A stretch of DNA of 64,000 bases from Candidatus Thorarchaeota archaeon. Lineage in GTDB: Archaea; Asgardarchaeota; Thorarchaeia; Thorarchaeales; Thorarchaeaceae. Numbering within the stretch: position 1 is the first letter of the stretch; every line of letters starts with the position of its first letter. A model generated the notes under the pieces. That model ran no database searches and had not been told where the DNA came from. It saw only the letters and a list, made by a program, of their open reading frames with translations. The stretch covers positions 26,294 through 90,293 of the forward strand of contig PRDI01000049.1 of assembly GCA_003345595.1 (NCBI GenBank), read 5' to 3'. Below are positions 16,905 through 27,063 of the stretch, piece by piece. Position numbers and translations under genes: made by a program.

Positions 16905-17723
16905 ATGACCGCCTACTTGTGCCGTCTCTTCTACCTCGGCAACAACTATCATGGTTCTCAGTGGCAATTAGGACTACGCACGGTCCAAGGTGAGCTCATA
17001 AGTGCAGCTGCAAAGTGGAGTGGGGAAGAACACTCACCGGCCACAATCCAGTTATCAGGACGCACAGATGGAGGGGTACACAGCATAGGTCAGATAGCAA
17101 TGATAGTGTCCGGCGTACCACTAGACATCAACCAGATCAACAAACATCTACCGAACGACATCACGCTCTGGGCTTATGCAGTGGCCCCGCCTGGGTTCAA
17201 GCCACGTCACAGCGTGCTTATGCGCCATTATAGATACTACCTCGACACATCAGAGATGAATCTTGATGTGGCATCAATGCAAAAGGCTACGCAACATCTC
17301 ATAGGGTCACATGATTTTGCCTTGCTTTCAAAACCAGACGGCAACAGATCATCCAGGGCGACGCTTCTTAATGCCTGTATTACGGGTTCTGAAGATATGC
17401 TGACATTGGACACGTACGGAACCAGTTTTCTATGGAAGCTCGTGCGGAAGATAGTGTCTCTGCTCATTCACGTTGGAACGGGCGAACTGGCCCCCGAAGT
17501 TGTCCCTGAAATCCTTCATGGGCAGACGGTGATACACAGTGGGATCAGGCCTGCCGCACCCGAATGCCTTGTACTCATCGAAGCAATCACACCAGTTCGT
17601 ATGAAACGGAGCAAGCTGGCAGTGAAAAGAGTCCAAAAACAGATGTACACCCAATTGGGATTCCTTGCGAAATCGACTAGGACCTTGTCTGCTTTGAGCG
17701 AGGACTCTCTTTTGAAGCAATAG
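16905..17723 (+). CDS. truA: tRNA pseudouridine(38-40) synthase TruA
   Basis: YLGNNYHGSQWQ at the N-terminus. Catalytic motif GRTDGGVHSIGQ. Start taken at the internal Met (MTAYL...). Confidence 0.8.
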   Translation: MTAYLCRLFYLGNNYHGSQWQLGLRTVQGELISAAAKWSGEEHSPATIQLSGRTDGGVHSIGQIAMIVSGVPLDINQINKHLPNDITLWAYAVAPPGFKPRHSVLMRHYRYYLDTSEMNLDVASMQKATQHLIGSHDFALLSKPDGNRSSRATLLNACITGSEDMLTLDTYGTSFLWKLVRKIVSLLIHVGTGELAPEVVPEILHGQTVIHSGIRPAAPECLVLIEAITPVRMKRSKLAVKRVQKQMYTQLGFLAKSTRTLSALSEDSLLKQ

Positions 17724-18918
17724 ATGCTCTACTAATACCAAGCCATTTGGCAAGTACATTACCGGCTTTCGGATCTCTTGTTGCGATTTGTTCCACTGTA
17801 TCATAGAAGGCCCGACCTGCTCTTCTCCTAGAGACTCTGGACAAATGCGAGATCTTGGAAACGGCATCTGCATTCTTGTCCCATTTTCTGGCGCCACGCC
17901 ACACGAGAAGGGGCCAAGACGGTTCCGAATAGTCTAATCGTCGATACGGTGTATCCGAGCGACTTGCTACAATCCCTACTGCAAGGAAATCTTGGACATA
18001 TGCCAGCAGTTTCCAGTTTTGTTCTCTCCGTATTCTGCCGAGCGCCAAGTCAGATAATGACAATGCTTCAAACCCCTGGCTTAGCTCATGATAAGCTGTA
18101 AGATGCAGATGCAGATTCTCCTCGAGCCAGAGCACCAACTCCTCAGGATCAACGTCTGCCTCTGATACGGTTCTTCTAGCTACACTAGGACTAGTTGCCA
18201 TAAAGAGCCTGCTTAGGGTTTCCTTGACACCACGACGAACATCCCTTGACGCCAAGGAACTGACCCCCAAGGTGACATCACCAACAGCAAGCACCTCCAA
18301 GTCAGAGATGGCCGCTCGCAGGTCGCCACCTGACTGGTCAGCTATGTCCTCAAGGACCGTGTCCGTGATTTCGAGTCCATTGAGCACTGCAACTCGTTTC
18401 AGAACGCCGAGCATGTCTTTTGCATCTATGGGCTTCATATTGAGTACTCGACAATGTCTTTTCAAGTCTTTCAGGCGAGGGCTTTCGGGATCGTTGGCAG
18501 TCATAACTAAGGGGTGGATAGTTTCTTCTATGACTTTCAGGATAGCCCCAGCCCCACCCCTGTCACCAGTACCAGAGAGGCCATCAACTTCGTCCAGCAA
18601 AATGATGCGCATTCGTCCGTCAAGGGTCTGTTGTGTTGATGCAGTCCACACTTGCGTTTCTATAACTCCCTTGTTGCGCTTGTCACTCGCATTGAACTCG
18701 ACTAGTTCAGCATCCAAGTCCCTAGAAAGTGCAACCACAGCTGATGTCTTGCCAATTCCTGGCGGTCCTAGTAGCAGCATCGCCTTGACCTTTGGCGTTT
18801 TCCGTTTCCAAGAAGCCACCCAGTCACTGAGCTCTTGAAGAGCCTCATGATTACCTGCCACCTGATCCAGACTCTGCGGCCTGTGCTTTTCAGGCCAAGG
18901 CAGACCTTCCTCACTCAT
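17677..18918 (-). CDS. rfcL: replication factor C large subunit
   Basis: LLLGPPGIGKTSAVVAL, EFNASDKR, ILLDEVDGL, and an RFC-L type C-terminal tail. Confidence 0.85.
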   Translation of the reverse strand: MSEEGLPWPEKHRPQSLDQVAGNHEALQELSDWVASWKRKTPKVKAMLLLGPPGIGKTSAVVALSRDLDAELVEFNASDKRNKGVIETQVWTASTQQTLDGRMRIILLDEVDGLSGTGDRGGAGAILKVIEETIHPLVMTANDPESPRLKDLKRHCRVLNMKPIDAKDMLGVLKRVAVLNGLEITDTVLEDIADQSGGDLRAAISDLEVLAVGDVTLGVSSLASRDVRRGVKETLSRLFMATSPSVARRTVSEADVDPEELVLWLEENLHLHLTAYHELSQGFEALSLSDLALGRIRREQNWKLLAYVQDFLAVGIVASRSDTPYRRLDYSEPSWPLLVWRGARKWDKNADAVSKISHLSRVSRRRAGRAFYDTVEQIATRDPKAGNVLAKWLGISRASIASKESPRSKQTRS

Positions 18919-19874
18919 TCCGATTCCTTCTGAAGTCCTACGAAAGACAAAAGCGCTCCAAGCTGAACCTCTCCGCTTGCTCCTTCAGATATACGAAACT
19001 CGGCTTCTGCCGTCCTCTCAAGAAACACCATTCTCAGATGTTCTGAAACATCCTGTTTCATGATCTCTCTATGTACCTGCCGTATCAAGTCAAGGGATGA
19101 TAGTCCTTGATGATAGATGAGATCTCTGAGGATTTGAAGCGCCGCGTCACATTTGCCAGACTGTGCCACCAGTAGCATTTCATGCACTCTCTTGGGGTCT
19201 GGTTGGCCTGATATCGCGTAGACCACTTCATCGGTGACACTTCTACTTGCAGCGGCTGCAGCCTGTAGTAGATTGATTGCAGTCCTCATGTCTCCCTCCG
19301 CAAGATACAGTATGGCCTCCTTTCCACTGGAAACAAGTTTGACATTCTCACTTTTCGCGATGTATTCAATTCTACCTGTGACACTTTCATCTGAGAGCCG
19401 GGCGAACTTGAAGATGGCACATCTTGACTGGATTGGCGGAATGATTCGACTAGAGTAGTTGCATATCAGTACCATTCGACACGATGCCGCATTTGCCTCC
19501 ATCGTGCGTCTCAGAGCATGCTGTGCGTCACTCGTCAGGTGATCGGCTTCATCCAAAACGAGGATTTTGAACGGCGCACCCCCTGCAGGAAGAGTCCGTG
19601 CAAAGTGCTTGATCTGGTTTCTCACGACCTCGATTCCTCTCTCGTCACTGGCATTCAGTTCCATGAAATTCTGTTCAAACGATTCGGCAAACAGATCTTT
19701 TGCCATCGCGATAGCTGCAGTGGTCTTGCTCGTTCCGGGTGGGCCAGTGAAAAGGCAGTGAGGAATATTCCTGTTCTCAACGAACTTTGCCAGACTCCTG
19801 ATCACCGACTCTTGGCCGACTATATCTGCCAGAGTCGATGGTCTATACTTCTCGGTCCAGAGGTCCATACTCAT
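18915..19874 (-). CDS. rfcS: replication factor C small subunit, no intein
   Basis: CLFTGPPGTSKTTAAIAMAKDLF, ELNASDERGIEVVR, ILVLDEADHLT, SRC motif in PPIQSRCAIFKF. Confidence 0.9.
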   Translation of the reverse strand: MSMDLWTEKYRPSTLADIVGQESVIRSLAKFVENRNIPHCLFTGPPGTSKTTAAIAMAKDLFAESFEQNFMELNASDERGIEVVRNQIKHFARTLPAGGAPFKILVLDEADHLTSDAQHALRRTMEANAASCRMVLICNYSSRIIPPIQSRCAIFKFARLSDESVTGRIEYIAKSENVKLVSSGKEAILYLAEGDMRTAINLLQAAAAASRSVTDEVVYAISGQPDPKRVHEMLLVAQSGKCDAALQILRDLIYHQGLSSLDLIRQVHREIMKQDVSEHLRMVFLERTAEAEFRISEGASGEVQLGALLSFVGLQKESE

Positions 19875-20058
19875 CGACTTTCATCATCCTACTCTGGGAA
19901 GCTTGTGACACTTCAGTGTCGCAGGATGAGAGAACTCGCCATCGGCCCTTAAAAGACCCTTCGGGCAAGCTCAGTGCCGCCATTGCGTTCCAAATGATGA
20001 GCCTGACCCCACGGGAAGGGCTTTATGAGGGCCACACCAACTTTGCATCCGTGCTCTC

Positions 20059-20619
20059 ATGATGAAGATCTGTGACGACATCGGTGAGATGGTGGACCGA
20101 TTTAGGATGACTTTTCTTAACGACGTCAGGGAATGTATATTCAGGAAGGATGTTCCGACGATTACTGCCTGTGCCCACCAGATGGGTCCTTTCCACCAAG
20201 GTGATCATGCAGACTTGCCAAACTGGGTCATTGAGAAGTTCCTGAAGCACAATCTCGTTGACCTAGCAGCCGAGGACGCCTATGAGTCCCTGAGAAGAGT
20301 GGAGAACCTCTATAGAGAGGACGAGAAACAGCCACACAAGCTTCAGCCATTTCATCCGAATCTCTATGCAGCACTCAATCGTAAATTACTGCGGCTTGAA
20401 AGCGACAAGACATCGCTAGACCCTAGGAGCTACGAAGAGATTGAGAAGCTCAAACGGATAATTCCATTTCTGGTAGAATCACGTCTGTCCAAGATAGTAC
20501 GTGCAGCGAAGTCCGGCGCCTATCTCGAGATGCGCAAACAGATGGCCAACGAGGAACGCTGGTTGTGTGAAGAGCTCTCACGAATCGTGTCTGAATGGCG
20601 TGACCGTGTGATGAGATAG
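20059..20619 (+). CDS. alpha-helical protein directly upstream of mcm; possible GINS subunit (Gins23-like)
   Basis: 186 aa, helical, with no catalytic motifs. Its position immediately 5' of mcm mirrors the gins23-mcm arrangement of some archaea. The sequence itself is not diagnostic. Confidence 0.3.
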   Translation: MMKICDDIGEMVDRFRMTFLNDVRECIFRKDVPTITACAHQMGPFHQGDHADLPNWVIEKFLKHNLVDLAAEDAYESLRRVENLYREDEKQPHKLQPFHPNLYAALNRKLLRLESDKTSLDPRSYEEIEKLKRIIPFLVESRLSKIVRAAKSGAYLEMRKQMANEERWLCEELSRIVSEWRDRVMR

Positions 20620-20712
20620 GAGAAGCCAACACAGGAGCTTAAATACGAATCAACATGCCTAAGCAGTAGACGCAGAGCAGCTGCCCGACCGCGTACGCCG
20701 TCTAGAGCAAAG

Positions 20713-22803
20713 ATGTCGAGGCTGGAATCGATGTCAGGTCATGATGAGGGTCCACAAGAGAGATTCGAGGAGTTCCTTCGCACTTACAAGGATGAGCATG
20801 GGAATCTCACCTACTGGCCCAAGTGCCAGCAGATGTCTCTCAACGACGAAACGTCGCTCGTGGTAGACTTCCAAGACTTAGTGAGCTTTGACAACATGTT
20901 TGCAGTACTGGCTGCCGAGAATCCAGAATCGTTTCTCAGTACAGCCAGCAATGCATTGCTTTCGATTCTCAGAATAGAGGATCCTGACTATGTGAGTAAA
21001 CTGGACATCACCACAATCAAGATTCGGATAATCAACTACTCCGAACACGTTCCTCTCCGGCACATAAGATCGAAACACATAGGCAAAATGATTCAGATAA
21101 GCGGAATCATGATGCGGGCAAGTGAGGTCAAGCCCCTCCTAGTCGAAGCTGTCTTCAGATGCAGGGTCTGCGGACAGGACATACCACAGGCACAGGAGGA
21201 CGGCCGTTATACTGAGCCTCCGCTATGTCCTACCTGTGGCAAGAAGACAGCCATGCGACTCATTCCTGAGCAATCCAGATTCGTAGACTGGCAGAAAGTG
21301 AGAATACAGGAATCTCCCGACGAGCTTCCTCCTGGGCAGATGCCGAGGTCGGTTGATGTGGTTCTCGAAGGTGACATTGTCGATCTGTCTCGACCTGGCG
21401 ACCTAGTGAAACTCGCAGGAGTACTTCAGACGACGCCTGACTTCTCGCGGCACGGTGGCAGGTTGGCCACGTTCAACGTCTTCATAGAGGCCAATGGCGT
21501 TGAAATCGCCGAAAAGGAGTACGAACAACTTGAGATATCGGAGGAAGATGAGAAGCGCATACGTGAATTGGCGGAAGATCCCTATGTACATGAAAGGGTG
21601 TATGCGTCCATCGCGCCCTCTATTCATGGTCATGAACACGTGAAAGAATCCATTGCCCTGCTGCTGCTCGGGGGCGTGGAGAAAATACTGCCTGATGGTA
21701 CACACCTCAGAGGAAGGTCTAACATCCTGATTATCGGTGATCCAGGTACTGGGAAAAGCCAAATCCTCAAATTCGTGGCCGGCCTTGCTTCACGTGGTCT
21801 CTATACCTCTGGCAAAGGCACTACTGCAGCAGGGCTGACGGCAGCTGTGATCCACGATACGGACACAGGAGCCATGACGCTTGAGGCGGGAGCACTGGTG
21901 CTAGCTGACCAAGGAATTGCATGCATTGACGAATTCGACAAGATGGACCCAAACGATCGGACCGCTATACATGAAGCTATGGAACAGCATACGGTCAGCA
22001 TAGCCAAGGCCGGAATCGTCGCCACGCTCAATGCAAGGACCTCAATTCTGGCCGCGGCAAATCCTGCTCTGGGCCGATACGAGCCCTCAATGTCGATACA
22101 GGACAACATAAAACTCCCATTCACGATTCTCTCAAGGTTTGACCTGACTTGGATACTTGTAGACACGGTTGAGCCCACGAAGGACAGGGAGCTAGCTCAG
22201 TTCATACTAAGCATGCATCAGAGGAAGAAAAGCCCAATCAAGGAAACAGTTCCTCCAATAGCGCCTGAGTTCTTGAAGAAGTACATTGGTTACGCCAATC
22301 GCTATGTGATACCTCAGCTCACAGCTGAGGCTGCTGAAGTCATTGAGAACTTCTATGTAGACCTCCGCAAGAGTGCAGAAGGCGGCGCGGCGCCTGTGCC
22401 AATCACTGCTCGTCAGCTGGAATCATTGGTTCGTCTTGCAGAGGCAAGAGCAAGAATGGCTCTACGTCCCAAAGTGACCAAGGAAGATGCCCAGGCGGCA
22501 GTCCGTCTGATGCAAGAATCGCTACGAATGGTTGCTCTAGACACTACGACTGGGAAGATCGATATAGACCGACTTGTGTCTAAGATGAGCGCTGCTCAGC
22601 GGAGTTCGTCAGACGTGATTCTGAAAGCCGTGAAGGATATGGAAGCCGAAGGCTCTCCAGTTGTGAGCGAGGATGCATTGATACAAAGAGTTACTGCCAT
22701 GGGTCTCTCAAAAGAACGTGCTGAAGAAGTCATCAAGAAGCTTGTTGCAGAGGGCATCCTGTTCAACCCACGTGAAGGTAAGATTAAGCGGGCTCAAGCA
22801 TGA
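20713..22803 (+). CDS. mcm: minichromosome maintenance helicase MCM
   Basis: Zn-finger CRVCGQ...CPTCG, Walker A IIGDPGTGKSQ, Walker B CIDEFDKM, arginine finger region SRFDL, C-terminal wH domain. No intein. Confidence 0.95.
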   Translation: MSRLESMSGHDEGPQERFEEFLRTYKDEHGNLTYWPKCQQMSLNDETSLVVDFQDLVSFDNMFAVLAAENPESFLSTASNALLSILRIEDPDYVSKLDITTIKIRIINYSEHVPLRHIRSKHIGKMIQISGIMMRASEVKPLLVEAVFRCRVCGQDIPQAQEDGRYTEPPLCPTCGKKTAMRLIPEQSRFVDWQKVRIQESPDELPPGQMPRSVDVVLEGDIVDLSRPGDLVKLAGVLQTTPDFSRHGGRLATFNVFIEANGVEIAEKEYEQLEISEEDEKRIRELAEDPYVHERVYASIAPSIHGHEHVKESIALLLLGGVEKILPDGTHLRGRSNILIIGDPGTGKSQILKFVAGLASRGLYTSGKGTTAAGLTAAVIHDTDTGAMTLEAGALVLADQGIACIDEFDKMDPNDRTAIHEAMEQHTVSIAKAGIVATLNARTSILAAANPALGRYEPSMSIQDNIKLPFTILSRFDLTWILVDTVEPTKDRELAQFILSMHQRKKSPIKETVPPIAPEFLKKYIGYANRYVIPQLTAEAAEVIENFYVDLRKSAEGGAAPVPITARQLESLVRLAEARARMALRPKVTKEDAQAAVRLMQESLRMVALDTTTGKIDIDRLVSKMSAAQRSSSDVILKAVKDMEAEGSPVVSEDALIQRVTAMGLSKERAEEVIKKLVAEGILFNPREGKIKRAQA

Positions 22804-22946
22804 GAAAGGAGCCCATAAGATCTTGAACGGGGCGGACGACAACGCGTCTTGACGAGATTCCAATAAACCAGCAAGTCATTTCCTTACTCCAAGAGAGTGG
22901 CATATCCAATCTCTTTCCGCCGCAAGAGGCGGCCTTCAATACCGGT

Positions 22947-25082
22947 GTGCTTGATGGAAAGAACCTCGTGCTTGCAGTCCCCACCAGCTCTGGCAAGACA
23001 CTGGTCTCTGAGATTTGCATGCTCAAAGCCATACTAGAGAGAAAAGTGAAGGCGGTGTATCTCGTTCCGCTCAAGTCTTTGGCGCGAGAGAAGTACGACG
23101 AGTTCAGGAAGTATGAGAAACTTGGAATACTGACAGCGATGTCTGTAGGCGACTACGATTCTCCCGGGGCGAAGTTATCCGATGCAGACATCCTCGTGTT
23201 GACTACCGAACGAGCGGATTCGCTCATTTGTCACAAACCTGAGTGGATTGACGACATCGGGGTCGTCGTGGTTGATGAAGTCCATCTAGTCAATGACCCC
23301 TCCAGAGGCCCGACACTTGAGATGGTAATCGCCAAAATCACTCAGATGCTTCCAAACATCCAGCTGATTGCTCTGAGTGCCACAATACCGAATGCCGAGG
23401 ATATTGCAGCTTGGCTGAAAGCGGAACTGGTCAGGAGTTCATGGCGGCCTGTTCCTCTCAGTGAAGGAGTCCTTTTCGAGAGCAAAATCAGATTCAGCAA
23501 TGGGTCTTCTCGACCGATTCGGCATGCGCGAGGCGAGGAGCTGGCTGATCTCGTCTGTGACACATTAGATGAGAATGGCCAAGTCTTGGTCTTTGTTTCA
23601 AGCCGCCGTTCTGCGGTGTCGGTAGCAAACAGGACTGTACCCATTGTACGACCCTACATCTCCCGGAGTTCCATGGAAACGATATCTCAGGCATCCGGTC
23701 GGATAGCAGGGGGCCCCAGCGCTCCTGAGGCGTCCAAGGTGCTGGCTAAGATGATGCAGGCTGGTGTGGCCTTTCATCATGCAGGTCTGACAGGTCCGGA
23801 GCGCACGACAGTCGAAGACTGCTTCAAGGGTAATCTACTGAAGGTGATTGTTGCTACTCCGACGCTGGCGGCCGGGATCAACTTACCCGCGAGACGTGTT
23901 GTGATACGCGATTATCGTCGTTACGAAGAGGAGCGTGGAAATCAACCTATTCCTGTGCTAGAGTACAAGCAGATGGCGGGTCGCGCAGGCCGCCCCAAGT
24001 ACGATCAGTACGGGGAGGCGGTCCTAGTAGCAAGGACAGAAGAGGAGTACGACTTTCTGATGGACCACTACGTTTCATCTGAACCCGAGGAGATCAGATC
24101 CAAGCTGGCCTCAGAGTCTGCAATCCGTTTCCATTTGTTGTCATCTATAGCTGGAGAGATGACACACAACAGGGAAGAGATAGATCGTCTCATGGATGGC
24201 ACCTTCTTTTCTTATCAGTTCAATCGCTGGGAGATTGACCACTACATCTCCTCTGCACTGGATTTTCTTGAAGAGGGCCGATTAGTTGGGCGGAGCAAAA
24301 ACGATGAGCTCTACGCGACCGGTCTGGGGGAAAGGGCCGCAAAGCTGTACATTGATCCTGAGACTGCTATCTTGTTTCGAGATGCACTATCAGAGGTCGA
24401 GGCCTTCCATCCACTCGGTATGCTCCATCTCATATGCAGTACCCCTGATCAGCCTCTCACACATGCATCACAGGCCGAAACCGAAGACTGTGAAGTCTTC
24501 ATCGGTGATCATGAGGGTGAGTTCATTGTTGACATATCCGAACAGATGGATGACTATGAAGAGTATCCGCGTTTTCTTGCGCAAGTCAAGACCGCGCGAA
24601 TGTTGAATGACTGGATATCTGAGCGAACAGAACGAAGTATCACTGAGGACTACGATGTAGGGATGGGCGATGTTCATCGCTACATTGAGGCTGCGGATTG
24701 GTTGATACACGCTGCATCTGAGGTCGCTCGAGTTACTGGCAGGTCGCAACTGATTCCTTCTCTGCATGCGCTTCAAGTACGGGTCAAGAACGGCGTACTT
24801 CCAGAGCTATTGGAGCTCGTCGGTCTGAGAGGCGTCGGACGCGTAAGAGGTCGAATGCTGTTCAATCACGGTCTGAGAACTCTTTCCGACTTGTACCGGG
24901 CTCCAGTAGAAGAGATAGCCAGAGTACCTGCAATTGGACTCACCATCGCCGAGTCCATAAAGCACCAGCTGGGTTTCGAAACGAGTGATGCTGGCGACAA
25001 AGTTCCAGCCACAAGCGAGCGGGATGACCAGTCTGCTTCAGCACAGACACTGCTTGAGGAGTTTGAAGACGAAGACAGCTAG
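22947..25082 (+). CDS. hel308: Hel308/Hjm (Ski2-like) DNA helicase; conserved N-terminal region extends upstream of the first canonical start
   Basis: Motif I AVPTSSGKTLV, motif II VVVDEVHLV, SAT, a HhH domain, and C-terminal domain 5. In-frame upstream translation (22827-22946) gives RLDEIPINQQVISLLQESGISNLFPPQEAAF, matching the Hel308 N-terminus, but it contains no ATG, GTG or TTG. Confidence 0.85.
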   Translation: MLDGKNLVLAVPTSSGKTLVSEICMLKAILERKVKAVYLVPLKSLAREKYDEFRKYEKLGILTAMSVGDYDSPGAKLSDADILVLTTERADSLICHKPEWIDDIGVVVVDEVHLVNDPSRGPTLEMVIAKITQMLPNIQLIALSATIPNAEDIAAWLKAELVRSSWRPVPLSEGVLFESKIRFSNGSSRPIRHARGEELADLVCDTLDENGQVLVFVSSRRSAVSVANRTVPIVRPYISRSSMETISQASGRIAGGPSAPEASKVLAKMMQAGVAFHHAGLTGPERTTVEDCFKGNLLKVIVATPTLAAGINLPARRVVIRDYRRYEEERGNQPIPVLEYKQMAGRAGRPKYDQYGEAVLVARTEEEYDFLMDHYVSSEPEEIRSKLASESAIRFHLLSSIAGEMTHNREEIDRLMDGTFFSYQFNRWEIDHYISSALDFLEEGRLVGRSKNDELYATGLGERAAKLYIDPETAILFRDALSEVEAFHPLGMLHLICSTPDQPLTHASQAETEDCEVFIGDHEGEFIVDISEQMDDYEEYPRFLAQVKTARMLNDWISERTERSITEDYDVGMGDVHRYIEAADWLIHAASEVARVTGRSQLIPSLHALQVRVKNGVLPELLELVGLRGVGRVRGRMLFNHGLRTLSDLYRAPVEEIARVPAIGLTIAESIKHQLGFETSDAGDKVPATSERDDQSASAQTLLEEFEDEDS

Positions 25083-26149
25083 AGCAGGATACCCTCTAGG
25101 TTTTTCTCAATTACCTTCACCAAATCCCCTGTATAGCGTGTGCAAATGTCGCTCTCTGAGTGGCTCTCTCCATGTTTCGTTATTTCACGGCCGCACAATT
25201 CCTCAAGAAGATTCTGGGATGCGCTGCCCACTACGTCCAGATTGTATCCTCCTTCAAGGAAGAATGCAAGCCTGCCCTGTGCGTTCTGTTGAGCAATTGC
25301 CTTGATTCGCCTATTCATCATGGAGATGCCAGAGTTCGTGAGACCCATGCTCGTCAGAGTGTCCTGAAAATGACAGTCAAACCCGGCCGAAACGAGCACG
25401 AATTGAGGCTTGTAGGCCTTTGCCAAGGGTTCGACTATGCGATTGAAGACTACATCGTAGGATTTGTCCCCGGCACCCGGGTACATCGACAAGTTCACGG
25501 TATAGCCCTTGCCCTCTCCGGTTCCAATCTCATCAGGAAAACCCGAACCCGGGAATATCGTACGCCCGTCTTGATGCATAGTGACATAGAGAACCTTGTT
25601 GGTGGAATAGAAGGCTCTTTGCGTTCCATTGCCATGGTGCGCATCGTAGTCAATGATCATCACTCTGTCAAGCTTTCTCTTTGTAACAAGATGATTTGCG
25701 GCAACTGCGATGTTATTGACAAAACAGAATCCGAGCGCACTATCATATTCTGCATGGTGCCCAGGGGGTCTACAAAGGATGTAGGCGTTGTTGCTCTTGC
25801 CATCCATTATCCTATCGACAGCTCCAATGCCTCCTCCTGCCGCCAACACCATGGCTTCATACGTGAATGCGTTCACTGCAGTATCGAGAGTAAAGAAACC
25901 ACCACCTCGACGAGACTTCTCACGTATGTCCGTAATGTACCTCCTGTCGTGTAGAGCGTATATTTCACTGAGATCTGGTGGTTCTGGTGTGACCAGTCTG
26001 ATGTCACCAGCCTTGAGTAAGCCTGCTCCATCTATGTATTTCATGGCCGTTCTCAAGCGTTCCGGACTCTCCGGATGTCCCGGAGATATCTCATGTTTCG
26101 TGAACACTTCATGATACACCAAGTCAGTTGTCATCTCAGGATTCCTCAA
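25079..26149 (-). CDS. histone deacetylase / acetoin-utilization (AcuC) family deacetylase
   Basis: CRPPGHHAE and IIDYDAHHGNGTQ motifs. Confidence 0.8.
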   Translation of the reverse strand: MRNPEMTTDLVYHEVFTKHEISPGHPESPERLRTAMKYIDGAGLLKAGDIRLVTPEPPDLSEIYALHDRRYITDIREKSRRGGGFFTLDTAVNAFTYEAMVLAAGGGIGAVDRIMDGKSNNAYILCRPPGHHAEYDSALGFCFVNNIAVAANHLVTKRKLDRVMIIDYDAHHGNGTQRAFYSTNKVLYVTMHQDGRTIFPGSGFPDEIGTGEGKGYTVNLSMYPGAGDKSYDVVFNRIVEPLAKAYKPQFVLVSAGFDCHFQDTLTSMGLTNSGISMMNRRIKAIAQQNAQGRLAFFLEGGYNLDVVGSASQNLLEELCGREITKHGESHSESDICTRYTGDLVKVIEKNLEGILL

Positions 26150-26357
26150 TAGTGTAAGACTCTCAGACCTACAGGATCAATGGCACGCTGATGAAGGCCT
26201 GAAACCACTTGCTGTTGGCAGGTAACTTAACTGATATGGTACAGCTCAGTGTAGCCAATCGATGAAGCCGACTAACACACTGTCGGCGGACAACAGCTGA
26301 GTAGAGCATCATGGATAATCTTTATCTTCGCGTTGGTCGACGCCAGCCCCGAGTCAT

Positions 26358-26495
26358 GGGTCGGTAGTCTAGCTTGGTATGATTCTTGCTTGGGGTGGTT
26401 CTGGCGTTGTTGCCAGCACCACAGAATGCAAGCGGACGGGAGTTCAAGCAGCCGGGGACTTCCCCCGACTGGAACTCATCTCCCCCGGCCCACCA
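26358..26495 (+). tRNA. tRNA-Pro (anticodon GGG) with two introns: canonical 37/38 (~31 nt) and non-canonical in the T-loop (~30 nt)
   Basis: Acceptor GGGUCGG/CCGGCCC plus A and CCA. Anticodon stem CUUGC/GCAAG with UUGGGG|intron|U gives anticodon GGG. T-arm GGGAG-UUCAA|GCAGCCGGGGACUUCCCCCGACUGGAACUC|AU-CUCCC is restored only after removing the second intron. A TATA-like TTTATCT sits about 30 bp upstream. Confidence 0.55.
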
Positions 26496-26496
26496 T

Positions 26497-27063
26497 TCAC
26501 CTCTTTTCGGGAATTTCCCACAGGGTTTCATAGATTGGCCCGGGTGATGTGAGGGTGCTCTTGGTCATTTGAAAAGACGAAACTGTCATTGTACCGGCAG
26601 ACTCTCTGACTAATGACTCCAAGCTCTTGACAATCCCCTCTCTATCATTCACTGCCCGTACTCGGGCTATCGTAGCATGCGCCTTGAACCCTTTCTCAAG
26701 AGGATACCCCAGATTCGCCAGTTCCGTGTCGATTCTTTCCTTGAGATCAGTCATTTCCTGTGCATTCTGCGAAACCCCAATCCATATGACATTCGGGCGT
26801 CGTGGGTTTGGAAAGGCACCGATGCCCTCCACCTGAATTGTGAATGGCGAAAACTGCAGTACGCCCAGAGCCTTCCTCATCTCATCTATTCTTGATACTG
26901 GAGTATCACCAAAGAATCGGAGTGTAAAGTGTATGTTGTTCTTCTCCACGAGCTTAAGTTTGGCAGCTTTACTGTCAAGTCGACTCTGAATACGTGATAT
27001 TCGAGCAAGGAGCGCATCGTCTCTGATGTCAATACTTAGAAACACCCTCATCTTTTCTGACAA
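26497..27063 (-). CDS. ligT: RNA 2',3'-cyclic phosphodiesterase / 2'-5' RNA ligase (LigT/ThpR, 2H family)
   Basis: Two H-x-T/S-x motifs: HFTLRFFG and HATIARV. Confidence 0.8.
   Translation of the reverse strand: MSEKMRVFLSIDIRDDALLARISRIQSRLDSKAAKLKLVEKNNIHFTLRFFGDTPVSRIDEMRKALGVLQFSPFTIQVEGIGAFPNPRRPNVIWIGVSQNAQEMTDLKERIDTELANLGYPLEKGFKAHATIARVRAVNDREGIVKSLESLVRESAGTMTVSSFQMTKSTLTSPGPIYETLWEIPEKR

Noticed and set aside
25160-26114. 264-aa and 108-aa + strand ORFs
   Set aside because: Antisense to the HDAC gene, which has unambiguous catalytic motifs.
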